Positions 9,670 to 21,812 of a stretch of 64,000 nucleotides of DNA are shown here, in pieces; the stretch's first letter is position 1; every line of letters begins with the position of its first letter. Source of the DNA: Lama guanicoe (taxonomy: Eukaryota). The notes under the pieces were generated by a model, which was not told the DNA's origin, searched no databases, and worked only from the letters and a program-made list of their open reading frames with translations. The position numbers were made by a program, and so were the translations under genes. Location of the stretch: the NCBI GenBank assembly GCA_013239625.1, contig MU053934.1, forward strand, positions 11,013,003 through 11,077,002, given 5' to 3'.

Positions 9670-12450
9670 CCCGAGGCATAACTGACGTGCGGCCCGGTGC
9701 CAGTCCCAGGCGCACCGCGGTGACTTGACTTCCGTGCGTCGTGGGACAATCGCCACAGCAGACTCGGTGAACGCCCGCCGTCTCGTACAGACACAACACT
9801 GAAGAAATAGAAACGCTTTCTTCCTCGTGATGAGAACTCTCAGGACTGACCCTCTCCACAACCGTCAGGCATGACGCCCAGCAGCGTGAACTGCCGCTGT
9901 CCTGCTGTGCGTGACACCCCTGCCGCTCATCCCATAACTGCAAGCGTGCGCCCTTTGACCCCCTCCACCTAACTCCCCTCCCCCCACCCCCTTCTCTAGT
10001 GACCTCGAATCTGGTCTCTTTTTCTATGACTTTGTTTCTTTGTTTGTAAAGTGTAACTGGCTTGTGCTTATGGCACTACGTTGGCTCCTGGTACACGACA
10101 CAGTGATTCGCTATTTCTGTACAGTTTTAAATGCGCGTCACAGGCAGCCTAGCTGTGACGTGTCACCGCACAAAGACATTGCGTAACTGTTAGCCACGCT
10201 CCTCCCCCTGGGCTTTTCAGCCCCAAGACCCAGTTACTTCCTAGCTGGAAGTTTGTACCCCTTCATCCCCCACACCTGCTCCTCCCTCCCCTCCCCCCCA
10301 GCCCCTCTGGCAACCACCTGTTCGGTCTCCGTATCTATGCCCCTGTTTCTGTTTAGTTATGTTTGCTGATTTGCTCTGTTCTTTAGATTCCACGTAAAAG
10401 TGAAATCATATAGTATTTGTCTTTATCTGACTCATTTCACTTAGTTTAATACTTTCTAGGTCCATCCACACTGTTACAAGTGGAAAAATTTCATTTTTTT
10501 GTGTGGCTGAGTAGTAGTGCACTGTGTGCATGTATCACATACATATATATACACACACACATATATGTACACATGACTCGTTTATCCAGCCTTCTGCTGT
10601 TGGACACTTAGACTGCTTCCACATCTCGGCTACTGTGAATGGTGCTGCTGTGAACACTGGGGTGCGTGCATTTTTTTCTAATTAGTGTTTTCCTTTTCTT
10701 TCAATAAATAGCCCCAAGTGGAATTGCTGGATTGTATGGTAATTACATTTAAAATTTTCTTAGGAATCCCCACAATGTTTCTTATAGCATTAGAACCAGC
10801 TGACAGTCCCACCAACAGTGCGTGAAGGTGCCCCTTCCTCCACCCCCTTGCCAGCACTCGTCTGTGGTCTTTTGGATGATAACTGCTCTGACAGGTGTGA
10901 GGTGGTGTCTCGTCGTGGTTTTGATTTGCACTTCCCTGTTGTAGAGCATCTTTTCGGGTGCCTGTTTGCCATCTGTACATCTTTGGAAACCGTCTGTGTC
11001 CTCTGCCCATGGTTTAATTGGGTTGTGTATTCTTTTCACATTGAGTGGCAAGGGTTCTTTGTATATTTGGGATGTTAACCCCTTGTCGGATATTGCACCT
11101 GCAAAAATAGTCTCCCATTTGTTTCACTGATGGTTTCCTTTGCTGTGCAAAAGCTTTTTAGTTTGATATAGTCTCATTTCTTTATTTTTGCTTTTGTTTC
11201 CCTTGCCTGAGGAGACATATCCAAAAAAAAAGTTGCTAAGACTGATTCAAAGAGCAAACTGCCTATGTTTTCTTCTAAATGTGCTATGGTTTCAGGTCTT
11301 ACAATTAGGTCCCTACCTACTTTGAGTTTATTTTTGTCTATGGTATTAGAGAATGTTCTAACTTCATTCTTTTACATGTAGCTTCCCAGTTTTCCCAAAA
11401 CCATTTATTGAAGAGACTATCTCTTCCGCACTGTATATTCTTGTGTCTTTTGATGTAGACTAACTGCCCACATCAATGTGGGTCATTTCTGGGCTCTCTG
11501 TTCTGTTCTGTTGAGCTATGTGTCTGTTTCTGTGCAGTTGCCATACTGTTTTGATGGCTGCAGCTTTGAAGTATAGTTTTAAATCAAGGCAAATGATGCT
11601 TCCTCTTATGTTCTTCTTCCTTAAGATTGTTTTGGCTGTTTGGGGTCCTTTGTATTTCCACACAGATTTTAGAATTGTTTGTTCCAGTTCTGTGAAAAGT
11701 GCCAGTGGTATATTGGTAAGGATTGCACTGAATATGTAAAAGCCTTGGGTGGCATGTTCATTTAAACAATATTAATTCTTCCACACCATGAACACGGTGT
11801 ATCTTTTCATCTGTTGGTGTTGCCTTCAGTTCCTTTCGTCAGTGTGTTACAGTTTGCCGAGCACAGGTCTTCTACCTCCTTGGTTAGACTTATTCCCAAG
11901 TATGGAGTATTTTAGATGGGATTGTGATGGGATGAGTTTCTTAATTTCTCTTTATGAAAGTGAAGTATTGGTGTGTAGAGATGCGACAGATCTCTGCATA
12001 TTCATTTTGTATCCCACGACTTTACCAAATTCATTGATGAGTTCTAAGTGTTTTGGTGGCATCTTTAGAATTTTCTTTGTATAGTATCATGTCGTATGTA
12101 AACAGTGACAGTTTTCTTTCTTCTGTATTTGTGTCTCTTATATTTCTTTTTCTTCTCTGATTGCTGTGGCTAAGACTTCCAATACTATGTTGAATGAACA
12201 GTTGTGAGAGTGAGCTGCCTTGTCTTGTTCCCGGTCTTAGAAGAATGCTGTTAGCTTTTCACCATTGAGTGTGATGCTGGCTGTGGGGTTGTCATATGTG
12301 GCCTTTATTATGTTGAGGTACGTTCCCTCTAGACCCACTTTGTTGAGAGTTTTATCATAAATGAATGCTGGATTTTGTCAAAAAGGTTTTTCTGCACCTA
12401 TTGAGATGATCGTATGATTTTTATTCTTTAGTTTGTTGCTTTAGTATATC
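9670..12450 (-). mobile_element. L1 (L1MA-like) 3' ~2.8 kb, decayed ORF2 + 3' UTR
   Basis: Minus-strand ORF2 remnants, e.g. WKYKGPQTAKTILRKKNIRGSIICLDLKLYFKAAAIKTVW (11460-11663) and REVQIKTTTRHHLTPVRAVIIQK; L1MA-type 3' UTR. Confidence 0.9.
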
Positions 12451-15400
12451 GCTGCCTGGAGCTTCAGCAAGATGCCCTACTCAGCTGCCACATACGTGCC
12501 ACATCCCTGCCCAGGCTGGTCAGCCATGAGGTCACTCCCATCCAAGGCAGCTGGGGAGGTGGGTCAGGAGAGCTGAGAAGATAGAGGAACCTTGAAGTTT
12601 CTGGAATGATAGGTACTACTGTCGTGTCAAGACCCCACACATGGAAAGATGGAGGGAGGAGAGACATGTTTGGGCCCCTCCCTCACCACGTCCCCAGTTT
12701 AAACTCCTCAGTGCCTTCCTCTGCAGTCTGAGCTCAGATGCCCAAATGTCCTGTCATTGGTCTGGGCTCCACTGTCCTCTGACCCTTGGGTTCTAGCTCT
12801 GCCCTCTCTTTCCAAGGAAGGCCCTCCTGATTTCCTGCCTGTAGAGGACTGTATGTCCCACATGCTGTGTGCACTCCCCATGGGGCTGTGTGTCCAGCCC
12901 CCACTGACCTCTGCTTCCATGGTGACATCACCTGATGAACTGTGTGCTCAGCGCTGAGGACAGATGATGATAATATTGCCTCTTGTCCTTTAAATGGGGA
13001 TTTTTGAAGGAGAAGTTATTTTATCACAGAGGAGCACCTCTATACTGGATGTCCGGTCATTAATGGCTCAGAGGCTGGGGGACCATGGGGCTCAGAGCTC
13101 AGTGTCAACCAGGAGAGGAAGGGAAGCCTGTGTGTGTCATAAAGGAGAGGAGCTGCCCTTCTGGAATCCTCACTGAGGAACAGAAGTCACAACAGCAAAA
13201 CCTCTGCAGACAGAAGTGAGCCAGGCAGCAGCTGGGAGGCGTCCCCCACCCCCATCCAGGATGCTCACACATGCCTGGCCCTTCCAATGGACACTAAAGC
13301 CAGTCATATTCGTCACCTAGAGGGGAAATGAGCCTCAGAGGGACTGACTCCTTGGAGAGCTGATGTCAAGTAGAACACAACCGCTATACAGTCAGGTAAC
13401 AGGGTCTGAGACGTGCCATGGGGAGCGCTATCAACCATGCCCTCTGTGCAATCATAGCGCAATAAACCGGCGACTGTTGCTGTAATTAAAGTGCTTTTAA
13501 TAATAACGGACCTTCATGTTTGTGGAACACTGAAGCATGCTTGAGTACTGTCATAAAATGGAGGAAAATAAAGGAACACTTGATTCTTCATTAAATCCTA
13601 AAATGTTCTCACTCTGAGGCAAGTAAAATCAACCATCCATCCAACAAACATTTCCTACATACAGATGTGGACGGTGGGCAACTGGGTGACTTCAACACAA
13701 CTGCACAAGCATATTCAAAGGCACAGATATTGAAACAGAGCCTTCCGTGTAAAATTCTTAATAATGTTGTCTGAAATTTTGCTTAATAAATATTATTGCG
13801 CAAATGGAGAATTAAATGGATGAAGAATGAACGGCTAGTGAAGCAGATTATGAGTATTGTATTCCAATTTGACATGGAAGAGAAAGAGATGTGCATCCTT
13901 GGATGACAAATGGCCTCAAAGAGCTGGAGCAGCAACCACTTTGGAAAAACTGACACTAAACAGGAATGGGAGCAAAGTTCTACGCTTGAGCCTAGGAACA
14001 ATTAAAACTTGCCCCTCATACATATGACAAGACCTTATTTCTTCTCAGCAGCTCTGGTGTCAGTGGCCCGGGAGGATTCATTGCCTGCAAGTTCAACACC
14101 AGCCAGCAGGCTTACCACACACACTACATGAGCCCAGAGGGACATGTCCACACCGGTTTGCACTAGTTGGGGTCGCAGATGCAGGGAGACTTCCTTATCT
14201 GCAAGTTGAATCCGGCTACCGGAAAATCCAGCTCCAAAAGGTGTCTTTCCATTGTCTTTCAAAGCAGGGGCAGCCTCGTTCCACAACATTTGGACCAGCA
14301 CTGAGCGAGGTCATCTTCCAAAGTCACAGCCAAACTCTTCTCTGGGGCCACGTTGTGCTCTCAGATACGTTCACATGTGATATGATGTGAGAGCAAGAAA
14401 AACATCTGCCTGAAATTTCAAGTTGGAAATCACATTCTTTGCCTTTTCTTCTTTTTCAATTTTCAGCCAAAAGGGTAATGCAACCCTGCTTACAATTTCT
14501 ACTTATTCTTGCTTGTGGACGGAAACTCCTTTCCCCGTGGTCCACCCTCACATGACCTCACACTGTGAAGGTTCGGCTTCAGCAAGGGGACAGCCACTGT
14601 TCGGCGGGCAAGGAGCCCACCCTTGGAGTTGGTTTTCTCAGCTATCTGATGAGGCTGCACTGGGGTGTCTGCTGAGCAGGAATGACATTGGGCCATAGAA
14701 AAGGCAGCTGACTTGGCTAAAGCCACAGGGCTATGAAGTTGAATGGTCCAAAATGACAATATTTGACTGTTTTTGGACATACACAAATAACAATTTTATA
14801 GAGTTCAAACCAGTAAGAAAATAATGCAGCCAAGATGCAGGCTTAGATTTTCTAAACTTAAAGTTTAGTTCTTTTTGAGTAAATAATCAATCTTTTGGGG
14901 GGGAAACGGATATTTACCCTCTTACATTAACTCCTTAACCTCCTTCCAGCTTGTGTAGCTGGAGCCTCACGAACCCCTTGAGGGTGGCCAGGTGTGAGGT
15001 TAACCTGATCTGAATGAGGACCCAGGCTCTGAGGAGGCGCTGACGAGACAGAGGTCAGCAGCTCCCCTGGACAAAGGGAATTGCTGTCCCAGAGAAGCTA
15101 GGACTCAGGTTTTGGATCGCATGTCTCTTCAAACGTTTGCAACGGCCCAGGGTTACATTTCATTCCTCCATGTTGCACTGTGAAGCTGAGGTCCAAAATC
15201 ACACATGGAGCCAACTACCGTGGGATTTTTGCCCAAGTCTGACTCACCCTAAAAGTCCACATTCTGTCTTCCTAACCCACACCTTCCACTCAGCCTCCCA
15301 ACCTCCAGGACAGGCTGTCTGATTAACGCAAGACGCATCACCAAGAAGGAGGTGAGCGCTCCCCCCAAGTGTTGGGAGGAAGTTCCTGAAAACCCTAGAT

Positions 15401-16055
15401 GTGGAGGGAATCCGCCCTCCAGGCGTGCAACGCAGCGCCCAGGTCTCAGCCAACTCCAACTGCAAATCTGTTACATGCACTCTTTTCCCCCAAATGCAGT
15501 ACTGCTTTCAGAAGACTTAATGACACGTGTTTTCAGTAATCATTACTAACCTTATTACATCTCAGCAATGCTCCAAACCAGAGCAAGAATTCAATTGCAG
15601 CGTGTCCTGAAATGATCTTGCAAAAGAGAGAGGTGAAATTCCCAAGTCTGACAAGCAATTCTGAGTGCAATATCTGTGAAGACCACGGTAATTGTTTGCT
15701 TGTGCCACCTTGGGAGGCGGCATCTGCAGCCCTGGGCAGAGCTTACACAGCGGAGTGCTTGTGATGAGGCACCCCACTGGTTACTCATAAAAGATTTACA
15801 AATATGCCAACAACGAACCTTGGATATGAACTGGGGAGGAATCTGACAGCCTTCCTGTCTCAAGAACCCATATCTGTGGGGATGAGATGTTAGGAGTCCT
15901 GCATTGGGATTGCATGGAGCAAGGCTCCAATGACATTCCTGCCACTGCTTGTCCCCAGCCATCACCTTCTGCCTCTTGGTGTGTGAATCCCTTGCCTTCA
16001 GGACAAACAGGTTGACTGAGCCTAGCACCTGGTATGTGGTGAGTATGCAATGTAA

Positions 16056-16217
16056 TTATCATCACCATCCTCATCACAACCATCATTATCACCACCACCA
16101 CCATCACCACCACCACCATCACCACCACCATCCTCATCACCAGCACCATCCTCATCATCACCACCATCCTCATCACCACCACCATCACCACCATCACCAC
16201 CACCATCATCATCATCT
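16056..16217. repeat. (CAC/CAT)n trinucleotide microsatellite
   Basis: Imperfect CAC/CAT/CCT triplet array following a MIR/L2-like end ('cctagcacctggtatgtggtgagtatgcaatg'). Confidence 0.95.
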
Positions 16218-19144
16218 TGTGGCTTCTGTTGTTCTTATTAGAATTAATTTTTGTTTAAAGAATGGATGACCATCCCATTGATATCGCAGACATAACACAG
16301 ACTTCCCGTTGAAAGTGCTTTGGTATTTGGTACTTCAAGGGCGCATCTCAGCACACCCACCAGGGAAAGCAGGGCATACACTCTGGTTTTCTCTTGACCC
16401 AATTGCTGATGGGGAGCAGATTCAGCAAAGAGACCCTCTCGACCACCAGTGGGCTGCCCTGCCCACCTCCACCTCCTCACTAAGGGACACTGCAGAGTCC
16501 TGGACAGAACTGTGCCCCAGTTCTCTACAGCTCCTCAAAATTGGGCCCCATCCTTGGCCTGGACCGAATACATTCATCAAATGATGCAGACGCCTTCTCT
16601 CTCTCATCCTTCACTGAGAGCAGACTGACAGGAGGGAGTGTTAACCAGGGATGATGGCGAGGGATGGAGAAGAGACAAGGGGAAGGAGAAAAGGGAAGGA
16701 GCCCGAGGGAGTGGTGACAGTGTCCCTCCCTGGAAGCAAGGGGCTCCAGTGGGAAGAAAGGCCACTCGGAGCTTCGGAAACAGTGGAGAATTCCCTGAGC
16801 CCCAGAGCGGAGTCCGGTTGTGGGGAACCTCCACGAGTCTCCAGGCTTCTGCAGCATCCCTCAGGAGCCTGCTTCCCAACCCCCTCCCCCAGGGTGAGCC
16901 CCTGTCCGGTGGGTGGGGCGGGGGCATCTGGGCGTCACAGCCATGCTCCGAGGGGACGGGCCAGGGGTGAAGCCGTGCCCTGGGGGCCTGCTCTCTGCCC
17001 TCCAGAGCCCCCGTGAGAAGGCTTCGTCCGCCTCCCTGCGTGAGCTCTGCTCTCCAGGGCAGGCTCTCCTCACGCTGGAAAGGCTCTAGAACAAGCACCT
17101 CTTGGTTATTCCTCAACTGGCTTAGGATTTATCAAGAGAAAGAAGCCAGCTAGGCACCTCCTTAAACCCCGACGTGCAGCACATTTTGCAGGAAACCTTG
17201 GTCATGACAATTGATAACTAGACTGGAAACCAAAGGAGCAATGGGGCGGCCTTGGCTTCAGTGTGGCCGGGATGGAGGGACAGGACTTGAGCCAGGCTGG
17301 TCTCTCTCCACCGCACTGGCCGCGGCGAGCCCAGGGCTCCCGGCGTTTCTGGCTGACGCTCACCTGCGCAGACACGGCGCCTCCAGCCTGTGCCGCAGGG
17401 ACTGCGGTGTCAGAGGCCGGGTGAGCAAAGGGGGGCAGTGAGGTCCCGGCAGACACGTCTCGGATGGACTGAGCTTCTACGACCTGGAGACACCACAGTG
17501 GCCACGAGATGTTTGGGTTGCAGGTCACTAATGGGTGAGTCTGGAGCCACTAGGCTGTAAGGACTGGCACCAAAGGACATGAGATAGGGGCCCAAATCCA
17601 CCCCTCTTCATCTTAGCTTGAAAAACATGGAGCCCAGGAGGGCAGGGGCCGGAATGGTTTCTTACATGTCCCCAGACTCCTGGACGTGGCTCCCACAGCA
17701 CGGTCTCAGGGAGGATCTGAATGTGTAATCCTACAGGCCTGGTGAGGGCTTTAATGGGTGAGATCACGAGGAATTGCAGGAGGGCGATTACGTGAGGGAT
17801 GCAGTTCACTGCTGGTCCAAACCTCGCAAAGGGGAGCCCTAGACTTGCAGAGCAGTTGGTTTGGAACCAGAGAAGAACATTCACCTGGGTATCCCGGAGA
17901 GCAGCAGCAGGTTTTAGCTCTGGGTGGCGGAGAGGAAGCCGGGGGTCAGGTTCTGAAGGAAGACAGGGGCCCCTGTGAGGGAAGCTTGATAGTCCAAAGA
18001 AGATACTCCACATTTATTTCTCTTAAAGACAGGACAGTAAAGGGCAAGTATTTTGTTGTAAGTGGGACTGAAATGCTCTTTCTCTGATGCAAGAAATCAA
18101 CAGAAAAAGAGAAGGGGAAAACTTGAAATGTGGACCCCACGACAGCCCCCCAGAGGACAGCAGCGAGGGCTCGGGAGAGCCGGCTTCAGGTGTGGGGCCA
18201 GCTATGACAAGCCGTGTGTTACCTCCCGACAGGTTAGAGGGGCTCACAGTCACACAGCTGCTCCGTGTGTGGGCAGCAGGTGTGGCGTGATCCAAGTGCA
18301 CAGGCCTGGGGAGCATGGGGGCAGGGATGAGCCCTGTGACCCCTATCAGTCAAGGCCAGTTGCAGGGTAAACATGGGTCTGAACTGGGAATGGACGTCTG
18401 CTCCTGGGCTCCCAGCCCACCCAGGGGAAAGAGCACTGGCCGGGCGGCCCCGACCCCAGGCTCCTGAGTGCGCTTCTGCTGAGGGAGAAGTGAGTGGCAG
18501 AATCTAGAGGAGGCAGAGAGGACAAATCTGAGACCCCAAACCAAGACCAACTGAAAAGCACGAAAGCCTCTTGACCCCTCACTCTCGCTCCTGCAAAGGG
18601 AAGACAAAGGAAGCCTCGGTTCCAGGTTAAAAATGCTACCACTCAGGCCACCTGGACACTGGAGAGGGAGCACTGGAGACAGATTTCACTGGCTGGAAAA
18701 ACATGTGACAGCAGGAGACGGTTCTGCTGCCACCAAAGAGGCCTCATTTACTCAAGGTCTCAGCCACCCGAAGGCCAAGAACAGAGTCAGGAAGAGCTGA
18801 GGTGTCCTCTGACCCCGCAGCCTCCTGGGGGCCCTGGCGTCCACAGCATCAGAGGCAGGTTCTGCTCAGGAATCTGATGAGAGGGGTCTCTGGCCAAGAC
18901 CAGCATGGGATGGACGTTCGATGTCAGAGGCTCAGGCCATTCCAGAGCAAGGGGCAGCTGCCCAGGCCACGTGGGACAGAGCAGCCAATGCCTTTTCAGG
19001 AGGAAGGGTGGGGGCAAGGGGTGCTGGGATGTGAGCTCAGTGGAGAAACAGCAACTCTGCATTTTAGCTGAGTGGGATGGATAAGGGGGCCACAATGCAG
19101 GATTTTACCCTAGTGGTAAAATCTGGCCTCTCCCCAGGCAGGGT

Positions 19145-19428
19145 AATGACCGTGAGCAGTGTGCATGAAAACCGTTGCCTGCCGTCTCAGTGCACAAAGG
19201 ATGCTGCAGCCATCGAGCCCTCAGCCACTGCAGCTGCCCTGGCTGTGCACCCCGTGGGGATTCAGGATGCAGAAGAGCAGGACACTGGCCCTAGAGAGTT
19301 AATATGCACATCAAAGGGATGATTTCATTAAGCCCAGGCTCTAGAACCTTCCCGTACATAGAAAAGTGCTAAGTTCATTAACTTGAGATGTCTGTTTTTC
19401 TTTTTAATTAATAGTAATCTTTTAAGTT
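19145..19428 (+). mobile_element. Cetartiodactyl ERV1-type LTR fragment, truncated by the adjacent L1
   Basis: 'cagccactgcagc...ggggattcaggatg...actggccctagagagttaatatgcacatcaaagg...catagaaaagtgctaagttcattaacttgagatgtctg' matches a recalled artiodactyl LTR family. Confidence 0.6.
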
Positions 19429-19928
19429 GTGGTATATGTATTTACAATGGAATACTACTCACCCATAAAAAAGAATAAAATAATGCTATTTGCAGCAACA
19501 TGGATGGACCTAGAGACTGCCATTGGAAATAAAGTGAGCCAGAAAGAGAAAGAAAAATACAATGTGATATCTCTTACATATGGAATCTAAAAAAAAAGAA
19601 AGGGAAAAAGAGGACACTAATGAACTCATCTACAAAACAGAAACAGACTCTTAGACTTAGAAAACAAACTCATGGCTACCAAAGGAGAAAGGGGGGAGGG
19701 ATAAGTTGGGAGTTTGGGATTAGCCGCTACACACTACTGTACATAAAATGGATAAACAACAAGGACCTACCGTACAGCACAGGGAACTATATTCAATATT
19801 TTGAAATAACCTATAATGGAAAAGAATTTGAAAAAAGATATATATGTGTGTGTATAACTGAATTGCTTTGCTGAACACCTGAAACTAGCACAACATTGTA
19901 AATCAACTGCACTTCAATTAAAAAAAAA
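19429..19928 (+). mobile_element. L1 3' end (younger, cetartiodactyl type) with poly-A
   Basis: 'acaatggaatactactc...gcagcaacatggatggacctagag...agcacagggaactatattcaata...aaatcaactgcacttcaattaaaaaaaa'. Confidence 0.9.
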
Positions 19929-19939
19929 GCAGCAGCTAT

Positions 19940-21175
19940 AATGGAAATTGTCAGAAAGATTGGATGTACTTATGTGAGAAAGAAAGAAAAGAAAAATGAA
20001 CTTAGATCCTTACCTCACACCACACATGAAAATGAACTCAAAATGGGTCAGAGACCTAAATATAAAAGCTAAAACTATATAAATTCCAGAATAAAACACA
20101 GGAGATCTTGAGTTGTGCAAAATTTTGTTAGATGTGATACCAAAAGCATAGTCCTTTAAAAACAGTGATGCAAGAAATCAACAGAAAAAGAAAATTTTAT
20201 CAAAATTAAAAACTGCTCTTAAGAAGGCACCTCTAAGACAAAAAGCCGAGCTGCAGACCAGGAGAAAGTACCTGCAGATCACGCGTCTGACGGAGTCTCT
20301 GTGTCCACGACGGAGCGACAGGTCCTATGGCTGAGTGACAGAGGAGCGAACAACCCCGGGGGAACCGGGCCGCACACGGGAACAGAACACTCTCCAGAGC
20401 AGAGAAGCGCGTGGTTGACAGGCACACAGGAAGATGCCTGGCACTCAGGCGCGAGGGAAACGCAAACTAGCGTCACGATGAGATCCTCGCACCCAGCAGG
20501 GACTATCGACAGAAACATGGATAAAGCCAAGCATTGGTGAAGACGGAGCAACGACAACCCAAATTCATTCTGGGCGCAGGACAAAACGGTGCCGTCACTT
20601 TAGGAATGAGCTTGACAGGTTTTCTAAAACTTACATGTACACTCTTCACGTGGCCGGACGGCCCCACCCCTTGGCAGGTACCCAAGGGAAAGGAAGCTAT
20701 GTGCTCATACAGAAGCGTGTGTGCAGCATCCATCCCGGCATTATCCAAAACAGCCAAACGGGGGGACCACCCGGGTGCCCACCCACTGGCGAGTGGGCGA
20801 ACAGCAGTGCTGTGCCCCTGCAATGGAACACGACGGTGCCGCAGGAAGGGCACAGCCCCCTGGTGCCTGCAAAGACACGGGTGACTCTCAGGTGTGTTAC
20901 TGTGAGTGAAGGATGCGAGCTGCGTGATTGCCCCATCTGGCATTCTGGGAAAGGCAAAACTAGAGAGACAAAAACAGGCGAGTGGCTGCCACAGCCTGGG
21001 GTTTGGATGAGGGCTGGCCGCCAAGGGCTGGGGGGCACCTTTTGGGAGATGGAGCCGTTCTGGGTCTCCATCGTGCTAGTGGTCACATCGCTGTGTTCTT
21101 GTTTCAGGATCTATAGGTCCGTACACCACAAAAGGGTGTCTTTGCTGGCAAAACAGCTAATATAAGTAAACACCC
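19940..21175 (+). mobile_element. Older L1 (L1MB/ME-like) ORF2 end and 3' UTR, partly strongly GC-shifted
   Basis: 'ccttacctcacaccacacatgaaaatgaactcaaaatgggtcagagacctaaatataaaagctaaaactat' is canonical L1 ORF2; colinear with the L1 at 32690-33200. Confidence 0.8.
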
Positions 21176-21812
21176 ACCTCACCCCGCTGGCTGCTGGGCC
21201 TTGACTGCCCCCTCACTGGCCCCAGGCTCCCCCACGGGCAGCAGCCCAGCTTGGGGGAAGGCAGAGCAGCCATGGTTCTTCTGGGTGGCAGTGATGGGGG
21301 GGAGGCAGAGCAAAGGATCCTCAGCGCCGAAAACCACTCCCACTCTGGTCTCCACCCTCAACGAGCCTTTCCGTCCTCGGCGTCCATGGGCCTCCACGTG
21401 CGTCCCCCCTGCAGGACGTGGACGTGGACGAGCCCTTTCCTGCGGGGCCCCAGCTCAGCGCACGTGCCGGGGCCCTGGCACGTGGGAGGCGCTGCCCTCT
21501 GGGTGCCTGTGGGGCTGTGCTGCTCTCCCAGGGCTGTGGCAACGAAGCACCGCAACCGGGAGCCCTAAACAGCAGGAACTTACTCTCACCGCTCGCTCCG
21601 GAGGCCTGAGACCGAGGCGTCGGCAGGGCCGCCGCCTCCTGCGGGCTGTGGCCACAGCCCCCGCGCTCCGGGCGTGTGCCGGCCGTCCCGGGCCTTCCCT
21701 GGGCTGCAGAAGCGTCACTCGGATGGCTGCTCCGTGGACTCGGTCCCGGGCCTCCTCCCTGTGCGTGTGCCTCTGTGCCCGGGGTCCCCTTTTCCACAAG
21801 GACAGCGGCAGC

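Noticed and set aside
15796..16269. Poly-His and Met/Val-rich ORFs
   Set aside because: Translations of a CAC/CAT microsatellite.
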